Shown: positions 23,437 to 32,676 of the stretch, in pieces
Layout of the letters: each line of letters starts with the position of its first letter
Position numbering within the stretch: the first letter of the stretch is position 1
IMG/VR virus record: IMGVR_UViG_3300025853_000035
Span: 64,001 to 128,000 of that record
Source of the DNA: a virus
Taxonomy: Duplodnaviria > Heunggongvirae > Uroviricota > Caudoviricetes
Length of the DNA stretch: 64,000 nt
Direction: 5' to 3' (one strand)
Made by a program: the position numbers and the translations under genes
The notes under the pieces: generated by a model
What the model saw: only the letters and a program-made list of their open reading frames with translations
What the model was told of the DNA's origin: nothing
The model's database searches: none

Positions 23437-24494
23437 TGGCTGCAATCAATTTCGAAAACATGTTCGACGCTTACTCGAACTCCGCCGAGAAATCGTGGAA
23501 GTATGACCGTAATGCGTCCCTCGGTGCATCCGAAACCTTCGGCTGTATTCGCGCCGCATACTTCAAGAAGTTCCAGTATGATGTCGATGACGGCCACGAG
23601 GCCGATTGGGGCGCTGCCAAGCGCGGCGACATCATCGAAAATTACTTCGCCGTGCCGGCCACCAAGGCAGTGATGCCCGAAGGTGCCGAACTGCTCTATG
23701 CTGGTGATGAGCAGGAGACCTTGAAGAAGGGCCGCCTGTCGGCCACGCCTGACGGTCTCGCGATCGGCTTGGAATTCGACGCGCTGGCCCAGCTTGGGAT
23801 CGACGACATCGAGTCCGACTGTGTCGTGATCGAATACAAGTCGTTCGATCCGCGCGCCACGATCAAGGAAGAGAAGGCGATCCACGCCGGCCAGACGCAG
23901 GTCCAGATGGGCTTGATCCACGAACTGACCGAATACCGCCCCGAATATGCGGTGATCATCTACTTCAACGCCTCGTGGTTGTCGGACATCCGGCCGTTCG
24001 TGGTCAAGCGCGACCCGAAGATTTACGAGGCGGCCAAGGCCCGCGCCACGCAGGTATTCTCCTGCGAGGACCCCAAGGACCTGATGGCCGAGGGCAAGAT
24101 CAGCGGTGGCTGCACCTACTGCGAATACACGCAGGAATGTGCTTTCACGCAGGGCGAGGCGACGCCGAAGTCCAAGAAGAAGATCGAGGATACCGACATT
24201 CTGGATCGACTCGCTGTATTGTCTGCCCGGCAGAAGGAGCTTGCCGAGATCAGCAAGACGGCCGACCACGACAAGAAGCTCGTCGATGAGGAGATCAAGC
24301 AAATCCTCCGAGACAAGGACACCAAGGGGGCAGGGGACGATCGCTTCTCCATCAGCCTGTCGTGGTGTTCCGGCAAGAAGTCGCTCGACACCCTGTCGCT
24401 CGCGGCCGACCTTGCCGAGAAGGGCATGGATATTGAGGACTATCAGCGCGAAGGCAACGGCTACGAGCGACTGACGGTGAAACTCAAGGACTGA
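23436..24494 (+). CDS. PD-(D/E)xK exonuclease (Cas4/RecB-like)
   Basis: ASETFGCIR, ATPDG, IEYKS, QTQVQMG, CTYCEY..EC. Confidence 0.88.
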   Translation: MAAINFENMFDAYSNSAEKSWKYDRNASLGASETFGCIRAAYFKKFQYDVDDGHEADWGAAKRGDIIENYFAVPATKAVMPEGAELLYAGDEQETLKKGRLSATPDGLAIGLEFDALAQLGIDDIESDCVVIEYKSFDPRATIKEEKAIHAGQTQVQMGLIHELTEYRPEYAVIIYFNASWLSDIRPFVVKRDPKIYEAAKARATQVFSCEDPKDLMAEGKISGGCTYCEYTQECAFTQGEATPKSKKKIEDTDILDRLAVLSARQKELAEISKTADHDKKLVDEEIKQILRDKDTKGAGDDRFSISLSWCSGKKSLDTLSLAADLAEKGMDIEDYQREGNGYERLTVKLKD

Positions 24495-24495
24495 T

Positions 24496-24615
24496 ATGCG
24501 CCAGTCCATCATTCGTGTTGCGGTCGCTGTGATTACGCTCAGCGCCCTTTGTTACAGCGCACCCGCCGGCCTCGAATACACCGCCCGTCACAAGGCCGAA
24601 ATCGCAGCCAAATAA
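24496..24615 (+). CDS. Small hydrophobic protein (39 aa), copy 1
   Basis: Hand-translated MRQSIIRVAVAVITLSALCYS...; copy 2 at 25231-25350. Confidence 0.5.
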   Translation: MRQSIIRVAVAVITLSALCYSAPAGLEYTARHKAEIAAK

Positions 24616-24622
24616 TCCGGTG

Positions 24623-24642
24623 ACCGACATTTTAACTTGACA
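24623..24642 (+). promoter_or_regulatory. Conserved promoter element with downstream inverted copy
   Basis: ACCGACATTTTAACTTGACA ... AGAATGTCGGTCA; duplicated at 25358-25377. Confidence 0.72.
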
Positions 24643-24702
24643 TTCCACCCGGACTTGTTTAGCCAGAATGTCGGTCACACAGACCACGGAAGACATCCCC
24701 AC

Positions 24703-24990
24703 ATGATTCAGAACCTGCTGCTCCGCCTTGTGGCGCGGAGTTCAGACTCGCTCGTCTCGTTCATTTCGGGACTGAGCACCAAGCTCGACGACATGCTCGA
24801 AGCTCACGACGCCAAGGTGAAAGCCATTCGCGTCGAACAGGAAAAGACCCGCACCACGGCCGATCTCGAAGCGGAGCGCATCCAGCGCGAAGCGGACGAG
24901 ACGATCGCTGAGTTCGAGGACCGGATCGCCGAAGAGATGAAGAGCGCCAAGATTGTCGCCTCCATCAAGCAGGCGCTGCCGACCGCCTAA
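24703..24990 (+). CDS. Coiled-coil hypothetical protein, copy 1
   Basis: MIQNLLL start; heptad-rich. Confidence 0.7.
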   Translation: MIQNLLLRLVARSSDSLVSFISGLSTKLDDMLEAHDAKVKAIRVEQEKTRTTADLEAERIQREADETIAEFEDRIAEEMKSAKIVASIKQALPTA

Positions 24991-25046
24991 TCGGCACACC
25001 CTCGCGGGTAGGGCTTACCCGCACCTTTCCAAAATCTGGAGATAGA

Positions 25047-25229
25047 ATGCCCAATCTCGTTCAACAGAACGGCAGCAACGCCGTGGCCGTCGCAGGCGCA
25101 AACCCGTGGGCCGAAGCTGCCCGTGGCGTCGAAAGCGGTTCCTACCTTGCCGAGAAGGGCATGGATATTGAGGACTATCAGCGCGAAGGCAACGGCTACG
25201 AGCGACTGACGGTGAAACTCAAGGACTGA
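25047..25229 (+). pseudogene. Chimeric ORF created by the duplication
   Basis: N-terminus of the 25782 protein fused in frame to the C-terminus of the 23436 exonuclease. Confidence 0.85.
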
Positions 25230-25437
25230 TATGCGCCAGTCCATCATTCGTGTTGCGGTCGCTGTGATTACGCTCAGCGCCCTTTGTTACAGCGCACCCG
25301 CCGGCCTCGAATACACCGCCCGTCACAAGGCCGAAATCGCAGCCAAATAATCCGGTGACCGACATTTTAACTTGACATTCCACCCGGACTTGTTTAGCCA
25401 GAATGTCGGTCACACAGACCACGGAAGACATCCCCAC

Positions 25438-25725
25438 ATGATTCAGAACCTGCTGCTCCGCCTTGTGGCGCGGAGTTCAGACTCGCTCGTCTCGTTCATT
25501 TCGGGACTGAGCACCAAGCTCGACGACATGCTCGAAGCTCACGACGCCAAGGTGAAAGCCATTCGCGTCGAACAGGAAAAGACCCGCACCACGGCCGATC
25601 TCGAAGCGGAGCGCATCCAGCGCGAAGCGGACGAGACGATCGCTGAGTTCGAGGACCGGATCGCCGAAGAGATGAAGAGCGCCAAGATTGTCGCCTCCAT
25701 CAAGCAGGCGCTGCCGACCGCCTAA
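25438..25725 (+). CDS. Coiled-coil hypothetical protein, copy 2
   Basis: Identical to 24703-24990. Confidence 0.7.
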   Translation: MIQNLLLRLVARSSDSLVSFISGLSTKLDDMLEAHDAKVKAIRVEQEKTRTTADLEAERIQREADETIAEFEDRIAEEMKSAKIVASIKQALPTA

Positions 25726-25781
25726 TCGGCACACCCTCGCGGGTAGGGCTTACCCGCACCTTTCCAAAATCTGGAGATAGA

Positions 25782-26936
25782 ATGCCCAATCTCGTTCAAC
25801 AGAACGGCAGCAACGCCGTGGCCGTCGCAGGCGCAAACCCGTGGGCCGAAGCTGCCCGTGGCGTCGAAAGCGGTTCCTACCTCAAGTTCAATGGCAACGA
25901 CGGCCGGTGGTCGTTCGGTCAGGACGACGAGGACCTGCCCGTCGGCTCGCGCGCGATCGCCGACATGGAAACGCTGGCCTTTGGCTGGACCTGCTGGGTC
26001 GAGTCCAACGTCGAAGAAGAAATCTTCGTCACCGTTGCCTCCGGCCAGAAGCCGCCGGCCGAGCATGAACTGACCGACCACGGTCCCTACGATGATGACG
26101 ACGGCTGGCGCGAGTCCGCTTCGCTCTCGCTGATCCTCGAAAGCTACGGCGACGACGATCAGGACGAAGCGGTTGGCACCCAGCTTCTCTGGAAGTCCTC
26201 GACCGGTGGTCAGGTTCGCCAGATTCGCAAGATGACCGGTGCCTATGGCCGCGTCTTCTCGCAGCATCCGGGCGAGTTCCCGGTCATCGAACTCGGTGCG
26301 GAAAGCTACGCGCCGAAGAACAAGAAGCACGGCAAGCTCAAGTGGTCGCCGGTGCTCAAGATCGTCGGCTGGATGACCGCAGCCGAGGTCGAAGGTCTGG
26401 CTGGCGGCTTCGGCGACGATGACCGCGAAGAGCCGGTCGCCAAGGCCAAGCCGAAGAACCTGCCGGCCCCCGAGCCGGAGGAAGAGGACGAGCCGGCTCC
26501 GGCTCCCCGCAGCCGCCGCGCCGCTGCTCCGGTCGAAGAGGAGGAGGAAGCTCCTGCTCCGCGTAGCCGTCGTGCCGCTGCTGCCCCGGTCGAGGAGGAA
26601 GAGGAGGAAGCTCCGGCTCCTGCTCCGCGTAGCCGCCGCGCTGCCGCCCCGGTCGAGGAGGAAGAGGAGGAAGCTCCGGCTCCCCGCACTCGCCGTGGTC
26701 AGACCGCCGCTGCTCCGGCCGAGGAAGAAGACGAGGACGCCGCTCCGGCTCCCCGCACCGGTCGTGGCCGTCGCGCCGCTGCTGCCGCCCCGGCCGAGGA
26801 AGAGGAGGAAGCCCCGGCTCCCCGCACTCGCCGTGGTCAGGCCGCTGCCGCCGCTCCGGCCGAGGAAGACGAGCCGGCTCCCCGTGCCCGTCGTGGCGCT
26901 GCGCCGGCCAACGCCCGCCTGCGTCGCTTCGACTGA
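25782..26936 (+). CDS. Putative ssDNA-binding/recombination protein with repetitive charged tail
   Basis: YLKFNGNDGRW N-terminal domain between exonuclease and helicase; seven APAPRxRR...EEEE repeats. Confidence 0.65.
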   Translation: MPNLVQQNGSNAVAVAGANPWAEAARGVESGSYLKFNGNDGRWSFGQDDEDLPVGSRAIADMETLAFGWTCWVESNVEEEIFVTVASGQKPPAEHELTDHGPYDDDDGWRESASLSLILESYGDDDQDEAVGTQLLWKSSTGGQVRQIRKMTGAYGRVFSQHPGEFPVIELGAESYAPKNKKHGKLKWSPVLKIVGWMTAAEVEGLAGGFGDDDREEPVAKAKPKNLPAPEPEEEDEPAPAPRSRRAAAPVEEEEEAPAPRSRRAAAAPVEEEEEEAPAPAPRSRRAAAPVEEEEEEAPAPRTRRGQTAAAPAEEEDEDAAPAPRTGRGRRAAAAAPAEEEEEAPAPRTRRGQAAAAAPAEEDEPAPRARRGAAPANARLRRFD

Positions 26937-26942
26937 TCTGTT

Positions 26943-26964
26943 GGGCGTCCCTTCGGGGACGCCC
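26943..26964 (+). terminator. Hairpin with TTCG tetraloop
   Basis: GGGCGTCCC TTCG GGGACGCCC followed by ACTTCTT. Confidence 0.6.
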
Positions 26965-26984
26965 ACTTCTTCAAGGAGAAGCCC

Positions 26985-27218
26985 ATGAGCGCATGGTGGG
27001 ATGCAGACAAAGTCCTGTGCCTGATTACGCCGCAGGAATTTGCAGAGATCGAGGCAGGCACTCCGCTGACCTGCATCGACGACACGATCGCCATCAAGGG
27101 TGTCGATACGATCGACCAAGACACCCGCTTTGGTCACCTCGCCTACGGCGTCACCGGTGACCATCCCCTCCGTCTCGCGCTGCTGGACCTGACTACCCGT
27201 CAGCCCGGTTCGCGCTGA
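26985..27218 (+). CDS. Hypothetical protein
   Basis: AAGGAG RBS. Confidence 0.7.
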   Translation: MSAWWDADKVLCLITPQEFAEIEAGTPLTCIDDTIAIKGVDTIDQDTRFGHLAYGVTGDHPLRLALLDLTTRQPGSR

Positions 27219-27243
27219 TCGACCCATTCCCGGAGACAAGAAT

Positions 27244-27561
27244 ATGGCCGAAGCTGCCAAGAACCCCTTTGAATTTCTCGCCCGCCTGCCCGACGCCCAG
27301 ATGTCCGGCGAGGTCGTGCGTGAACCCGGCGTCCTGATCAACGGCGCATGGTGCGGCAAGCACGCACTGGTCAACGTCCTCTATGGCGACAAGATGCCGA
27401 ACCCGACCTACACGATCGGCATCGCCGGCCGTGGCACGCTCCAGATGGCCGAGCAGGAATTCCGCGAACTGCTGTCGTCGATGCTGGCGCTGTTCGAAAT
27501 GCGCTCGCCCGGCGCGCTGGCCAAGGCCGCTCCGACTCCGTTCGCACAGGCCGGCGAGTAA
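27244..27561 (+). CDS. Hypothetical protein
   Basis: GGAG RBS, phage codon usage. Confidence 0.7.
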   Translation: MAEAAKNPFEFLARLPDAQMSGEVVREPGVLINGAWCGKHALVNVLYGDKMPNPTYTIGIAGRGTLQMAEQEFRELLSSMLALFEMRSPGALAKAAPTPFAQAGE

Positions 27562-27567
27562 TCCTGC

Positions 27568-28896
27568 ATGTTCTCGCTTTCTCCACAACAGGGGGATGCG
27601 GTCCGCAAGATCAATCACTGGTTCAAGAACGACACCGCCATGCGGCTCGTCTTCGTCCTGTGCGGGTTCGCCGGCACCGGTAAGTCCACGATCCTGCCCG
27701 ACATCCTCGACGCTCTCGGACTGGAGCCGAGCGAGGTGGCTTTCGCCGCCCCGACCGGCAAGGCCGCGAAGGTCATGGGCACGAAGCTGCGCGCCCAAGG
27801 CATCAACGTCTACCCGAGCACCATCCACTCGCTGATCTATCAGCCCAAGATGCAGAAGGCCGAGGTGCTGGAGCGCGAACTGGCTGAGTTGCAGAACTTC
27901 ATCGTAATGCTCAAGGCGGGTGACGTTCACCCGCCGACCGGCGATTATGAAGCCGATCTGCACGAGGCCGAGAAGACGATCCACATCCTGACGAAGGATT
28001 TGGACCGCGCCTATGACGTGAACGATCTCCGCTTCTCGCTCAACCCGGACTCGCGGCTGGTCAAGGAAAACATCAAGCTGATGATCCTCGACGAAGGTTC
28101 GATGATCGGTGAGCAGATGGCGACCGACCTGATCGAATTCGAGATTCCCATCCTCGTGATGGGCGATCCCGGTCAGCTTCCACCGGTAGGGGAGGACCCC
28201 GGCTTCCTGAACGGGACGCCCGATGCCTTCCTGACCGAGGTGCATCGTCAGGCTGCTGACAACCCGATCATCTATCTGGCCACGCTGGTCCGCAAGGGCG
28301 GCCGGCCGGAGTGGGGTGATTATGGTGACGGCGTTCTGGTCGTGCCGCCGAACAAGGACGAATACACGCTCGACCTTGAGCGCGATTGTCAGGTGATCGT
28401 CGGCACGAACAAGAACCGCTGGAAGCAGACCAAGCGTATGCGCAAGGCCGGCGGTTTCCTCGATACGCTGCCGCACGCCGGTGAGCCGCTGATCATGTGC
28501 CGAAACAGCCGGGAGCATCCGCCTCTGGTCAATGGCACGCAGGTCTTTTCGGGGATCGACCACGGCATGGCGGACGAGGGTGTTGCCCGCTTCCTCGCGG
28601 ACATCCGCGACGAGGACGGCAAGGCGTTCAAGATGTTCGCCTATCAGGGCCTGTTCGAAGAGCACATCGCGAAGGAAAAGAACTTCGCGACCGCCAGCAA
28701 GAACATGGCCTTCCGTTCGCGGAACACCGATCACCAGCTTGATTTCGGCTGGGCGATCACCTGCCACAAGTCGCAGGGTTCCCAATGGGATGAGGTGATC
28801 GTCCACGACGATTCGGGTTCGTTCCGAAACGACGCCGATAAGTGGCTCTACACCGCGATCACCCGAGCAGCCGAGCGACTGGTCCTCGTCGCCTGA
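27568..28896 (+). CDS. SF1 RecD/Dda-like helicase
   Basis: GFAGTGKS, AAPTGKAA, DEGSM, GDPGQLPPV, AITCHKSQGSQWD, YTAITRA. Confidence 0.93.
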   Translation: MFSLSPQQGDAVRKINHWFKNDTAMRLVFVLCGFAGTGKSTILPDILDALGLEPSEVAFAAPTGKAAKVMGTKLRAQGINVYPSTIHSLIYQPKMQKAEVLERELAELQNFIVMLKAGDVHPPTGDYEADLHEAEKTIHILTKDLDRAYDVNDLRFSLNPDSRLVKENIKLMILDEGSMIGEQMATDLIEFEIPILVMGDPGQLPPVGEDPGFLNGTPDAFLTEVHRQAADNPIIYLATLVRKGGRPEWGDYGDGVLVVPPNKDEYTLDLERDCQVIVGTNKNRWKQTKRMRKAGGFLDTLPHAGEPLIMCRNSREHPPLVNGTQVFSGIDHGMADEGVARFLADIRDEDGKAFKMFAYQGLFEEHIAKEKNFATASKNMAFRSRNTDHQLDFGWAITCHKSQGSQWDEVIVHDDSGSFRNDADKWLYTAITRAAERLVLVA

Positions 28897-29037
28897 CGAC
28901 GGGCTGAAAACCTTTGAATTTGGCCGATTGTTTCGCTTAACAAATAGTTAAGCCAAAATGAAGGTTCCTCAACTCGTCGCAAAAATCACTCATTTCGCCG
29001 CAGGCACTTGTCATGTAGGAAATCGGAAGGCAAAGCA

Positions 29038-29628
29038 ATGACATCGCTACCACAACTCGTCGGACTTATCGGTCGGAAGGGCGCAGGGAAAGATACGGCA
29101 GCAGAGGTTCTGCTGTCGGCAGGTTACGAGAACGTAAAGTTCGCCGGAGCCTTGAAGGACATGATTCGGAGTCTCCTCGCCTATCAGGGCGTGGAGGTAG
29201 AAGTGATCGAACGAATGGTGGAAGGCGACCTCAAGGAGGTCCCGACGCCATATCTTGCGGGCCGCACTCCTCGGTATGCGATGCAGACCTTGGGGACCGA
29301 ATGGGGCCGAGATCAGATTGCGGACGACCTCTGGGTCGGCACTGCGATCCGCCGGGCTGGTAATTTCGACAAGGTCGTCATTACCGACGTGCGTTTCCCG
29401 AACGAAAAAACGGCAGTGGACGAGGCTGGGGGTGTGTGCGTTGGCATCACCGCCAACTGGATCACTGCCGCCGAGGGGGAGCACGCTTCTGAGGCTTTGA
29501 TTGATGAGATTATCGAGCGCCTACCTGACGCTCACAAGATCACCAATCTGAGGGCTGCACCGGGTCGAACCCGCGAAGCCATCGAAGAGTTTCATCAGCG
29601 CTTCCTCAAGTTGCTTAGTAACCTGTGA
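29038..29628 (+). CDS. Deoxynucleoside monophosphate kinase
   Basis: GLIGRKGAGKDT, FAGALK, MQTLGTEWGR, DVRFPNE. Confidence 0.92.
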   Translation: MTSLPQLVGLIGRKGAGKDTAAEVLLSAGYENVKFAGALKDMIRSLLAYQGVEVEVIERMVEGDLKEVPTPYLAGRTPRYAMQTLGTEWGRDQIADDLWVGTAIRRAGNFDKVVITDVRFPNEKTAVDEAGGVCVGITANWITAAEGEHASEALIDEIIERLPDAHKITNLRAAPGRTREAIEEFHQRFLKLLSNL

Positions 29629-29665
29629 CCTGTCGCAGGTAGGGTGTTTCAGGGGAGTATCGAAA

Positions 29666-30187
29666 ATGACTGTTATCACGCTGACCGTAACCGACCACAG
29701 CCTTGAAGAAGGCACCTACCGCGTGGACTTCCACGCCGAAGGAAGCCAGATCGATGAGGGCCGGGCGACTGCCGCTTATTTCACCGGCTTCTACCTGCAC
29801 ACGTTGATCAACACGCCGGACTTTCTGGCGGGCGCGTCGGAATGCGGTAAGCAATTGTTTGCTGCTGGGGCCGAAGCCGGCGTCATGCACTACGGCACGG
29901 AGAAGGCGAAGGCGATCCTCACGATCACCGATGTCGATACCGATACCGGCCAGATGAGCTTTTCGCTGGAAGGCGAGGGTGGTGATCTGTCCGGCAAGAC
30001 GCTCCCCACGCCCGCCCAGATCATCGGCGTCTATATGCGCAGCCTCCTGAGCGACATGAATTTTCAGGTCGCCTGTTGGGCCTTCGCCGAGGAATTCATC
30101 GCCAGCCACGGCGCTGAGATCACCAACCGCGACAGCAAGCCTGCCGCCAACGACATCGACACCGGCGGCGCATCCCGCGCCGCCTAA
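29666..30187 (+). CDS. Hypothetical protein with internal two-fold repeat
   Basis: TLTVTD..LEEG...F vs ILTITDVDTDTG...F; TAAYFTGFYL vs TPAQIIGVYM. Confidence 0.7.
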   Translation: MTVITLTVTDHSLEEGTYRVDFHAEGSQIDEGRATAAYFTGFYLHTLINTPDFLAGASECGKQLFAAGAEAGVMHYGTEKAKAILTITDVDTDTGQMSFSLEGEGGDLSGKTLPTPAQIIGVYMRSLLSDMNFQVACWAFAEEFIASHGAEITNRDSKPAANDIDTGGASRAA

Positions 30188-30197
30188 TGGAGAAACT

Positions 30198-30761
30198 ATG
30201 ACGATCACTCACCCTGAACTGGTCAGCGCGCTCGTGAAGCCGGGCGCAACCATCGCCGCCCAGATGACGGCGACGGAAGCCGATCTCTGGCACGGCGCGA
30301 CAGGCGTGGCCGGCGAGACCACCGAAATCCTCGAAGCGGTGGTGGAGTCCGAACTGACGGACGAACTGCTCGACATGGACAACATGCTCGAAGAGCTTGG
30401 TGATATGGAATTCTATATCGAGCAGGTCCGCCAGAACCTCGGCATCTCCCGCGACGACACCCTGTGCATGAGCGACGACAGCGGCCCCAGCAATCTCTTC
30501 GACGACGCGGCGATCCTCGCCGTGATCGGCGGCCAGCTTCTCGATCTGGCCAAGAAGGTGGCGATCTACAAGAAGGCGGTCGAGAAGGATGCGTTCATCG
30601 CCGTCCTCGCCCGGCTGGAGGTCGCGATGGCCCGACTGCGTATGCACACCGGCTACACCCGCGATGAAAGCCTGTCGGGCAACATCGCCAAGCTGTCGGT
30701 CCGCTACGCCGGCCTGACCTACTCGAACGAGGCCGCTCAGGTCCGGGCGGACAAGGCATGA
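30198..30761 (+). CDS. MazG-like nucleotide pyrophosphatase
   Basis: HGATGVAGETTE...EELGDMEFY...NIAKLSVRY. Confidence 0.85.
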   Translation: MTITHPELVSALVKPGATIAAQMTATEADLWHGATGVAGETTEILEAVVESELTDELLDMDNMLEELGDMEFYIEQVRQNLGISRDDTLCMSDDSGPSNLFDDAAILAVIGGQLLDLAKKVAIYKKAVEKDAFIAVLARLEVAMARLRMHTGYTRDESLSGNIAKLSVRYAGLTYSNEAAQVRADKA

Positions 30762-30910
30762 TCCAGCGTCGTCCCAATCGCACCGGTGCCGCCCTCACCA
30801 CCATCTTCGGCGGCCTCACCATCGGCGTCGGCTGCATCGCCCCGCTGGCCGTGATCGGCTTCTGGGTGCTGGTGATCGCCGCCCTCTGGAAGTATGTTTT
30901 CGGCGGCTGA
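30758..30910 (+). CDS. Small membrane protein (50 aa)
   Basis: Hand-translated; long hydrophobic stretch. Confidence 0.55.
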   Translation: MIQRRPNRTGAALTTIFGGLTIGVGCIAPLAVIGFWVLVIAALWKYVFGG

Positions 30911-30983
30911 TCGTCTCTTTTTTCTTGACCCCACCGACAGTTTAACTAGACGTGGGGTCAAGACATAATGACAAAGGAAGACG

Positions 30984-31187
30984 ATGAGTCTCGCAGAAAG
31001 TTTGGCGGCCTACAGCAACCGCATCCTCCTGACCGAACCCCTCACTGCTGCGGAACTCGCTCCGCGCGTCGGGATCGAACCGGATACCGAAGACCCCTAT
31101 GCCGGCCTCAACCGGGCGCAGCGCCGCAAGGCGATCGCCGTGGAGAGCCGGTCTTTTCGTAAGAGCCTCAAGCAGGGGAAAAATTAA
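30984..31187 (+). CDS. Hypothetical protein
   Basis: Coupled to the next gene. Confidence 0.6.
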   Translation: MSLAESLAAYSNRILLTEPLTAAELAPRVGIEPDTEDPYAGLNRAQRRKAIAVESRSFRKSLKQGKN

Positions 31188-31447
31188 TGGGCTATCACAA
31201 GGCCAAGATCGAGCCGGGCGAATACGGCGAGTTCTCCAAGATTCTGGAAGAGGCGGATGAGTTCGCCGACGCGATCGACCAAGGGATCACCCTCATGGCG
31301 CTGATGGAACTGTCCGATCTGGTCGGTGCCATCACGGGTTATCTCGCCAAGCATCACCCCACCATCACGCTCGACGATCTCATCGCCATGTCGGAAGCCA
31401 CCAAGCGGGCATTCGAAAGCGGTGAGCGGGGAGGACCGGCAGCATGA
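31187..31447 (+). CDS. Small MazG-like all-alpha protein
   Basis: MGYH...GEFSKILEEADEFADA...ELSDLVGA. Confidence 0.7.
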   Translation: MGYHKAKIEPGEYGEFSKILEEADEFADAIDQGITLMALMELSDLVGAITGYLAKHHPTITLDDLIAMSEATKRAFESGERGGPAA

Positions 31448-31752
31448 CCGAACTCATCACGGATTACATGGCCGTCCCCGTCGAATATGTCGTCGAGGGT
31501 TCCGATGCCGAGCCGCAGAAGCTTCACGATGACCAGTATCCCGATCGCGTTACGATCTGCCACGCCTATGGCGGCGGTTCGATCACGGTCCTGACCCGGT
31601 CGCTGAATGGCATGAACCATTGCGGCGTCGCGATCCCTTACGAGGAGTTCGCCCGGATGGTCGCAGAGATCATCTCGAACGCGCCGCCGGCCGTGCTCAA
31701 GATGGTCAATGATCGCCTCGACGCGAAAGGAAATCTCCGCCGTGACGCCTGA
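31444..31752 (+). CDS. Hypothetical protein
   Basis: Coupled ORF. Confidence 0.65.
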   Translation: MTELITDYMAVPVEYVVEGSDAEPQKLHDDQYPDRVTICHAYGGGSITVLTRSLNGMNHCGVAIPYEEFARMVAEIISNAPPAVLKMVNDRLDAKGNLRRDA

Positions 31753-31957
31753 ACTCAAAGCGGACATCACGCGCTTCTTCGACATCCTGAATATCCGCGA
31801 GGAGTCGGATAGCGGCCGGGAATTTTCGCCGGTCTACATCTCGTGCTGCCGCGTGATGCTGGGTCAGGAATTGGGCGACATCCTCAAGCGGCTGGAAGAA
31901 GCCGTGGATTACAAGAAGCCCGGTCGGTCGCCGCTGCGGGAAGGTAAGGTGCCATGA
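31742..31957 (+). CDS. Hypothetical protein
   Basis: GTG start, coupled ORF. Confidence 0.6.
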   Translation: MTPELKADITRFFDILNIREESDSGREFSPVYISCCRVMLGQELGDILKRLEEAVDYKKPGRSPLREGKVP

Positions 31958-32565
31958 CGCCCAAGGGAATGATGTCGCCCAAGATCGACTACAAGCTGCT
32001 CGGCAAGGCGCTGGGCGAATATGAGAAGCGCGGCTACCGCTATGTCGAGGTGCCGTGGGCCGTCTCGAAAGACTACATCCGGGCGACGCTTCCTGAGCAG
32101 TTCCCGTCGATGCAGATCGGCCTCCCGGTCATCAACGGCACTAACCCGGATGAACTCTACCCGTGCCATCAGGCTTCCCATCTTGTCGGTTCGGCCGAGC
32201 AGGGCTTCCTCGCCCTCGATCTGCCGGAGGGTGCTTATGTCGGCGTCACGCCGTGCTTTCGCTTCGAGCCATATTTCGATCTGTTCCATCAGCCGATGTT
32301 CATGAAGATCGAGTTGTTCGTGACCGTGCCCTACACGACGGGCGCTCGGTTGATGGCGGACGCCAAGGAAGTGATGTCGCTCTATCTTCCGGTCGGGACG
32401 CACCTCGACGAGAAGAAGACGGATGAGGGTTTCGACCTTGAGATCGGCGGCGTCGAGGTCGGCTCATATGGGGTTCGATCGTTCCGCGACACGACGTGGG
32501 CCTATGGCACGGGACTTGCTCTCCCGCGTTTCTCCGTCACCAAGGCGCTCGATTCGGTCGTCTGA
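31954..32565 (+). CDS. Class II aminoacyl-tRNA synthetase-like catalytic domain (no anticodon domain)
   Basis: Motif 1 YVEVP, GSAEQGF, motif 2 TPCFRFE..F.KIELF, motif 3 GTGLALPRF; 203 aa. Confidence 0.8.
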   Translation: MTPKGMMSPKIDYKLLGKALGEYEKRGYRYVEVPWAVSKDYIRATLPEQFPSMQIGLPVINGTNPDELYPCHQASHLVGSAEQGFLALDLPEGAYVGVTPCFRFEPYFDLFHQPMFMKIELFVTVPYTTGARLMADAKEVMSLYLPVGTHLDEKKTDEGFDLEIGGVEVGSYGVRSFRDTTWAYGTGLALPRFSVTKALDSVV

Positions 32566-32676
32566 CGTGTCAAGCACTTTATCTCGCTGATGCACAGTTA
32601 AGTTTCTTGCTTTCCACCGCCATTTTAACTATACTGTGCGGCCGTTTTCCTCCTACCCAGCGGACCCCAAAAATTT

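Larger units (their letters stand above)
24409..25882. repeat. 735-bp tandem duplication (24409-25147 / 25144-25882)
   Basis: Copies read identical by eye at a constant 735-nt offset; 4-nt ACCT microhomology at the junctions. Confidence 0.95.

Noticed and set aside
26470-26936. CRISPR array or DNA-level satellite
   Set aside because: The repeats are degenerate, in frame and protein-coding, with no constant repeat and unique spacer pattern. No CRISPR array was seen anywhere in the window, and the Cas4-like nuclease has no cas neighbours.
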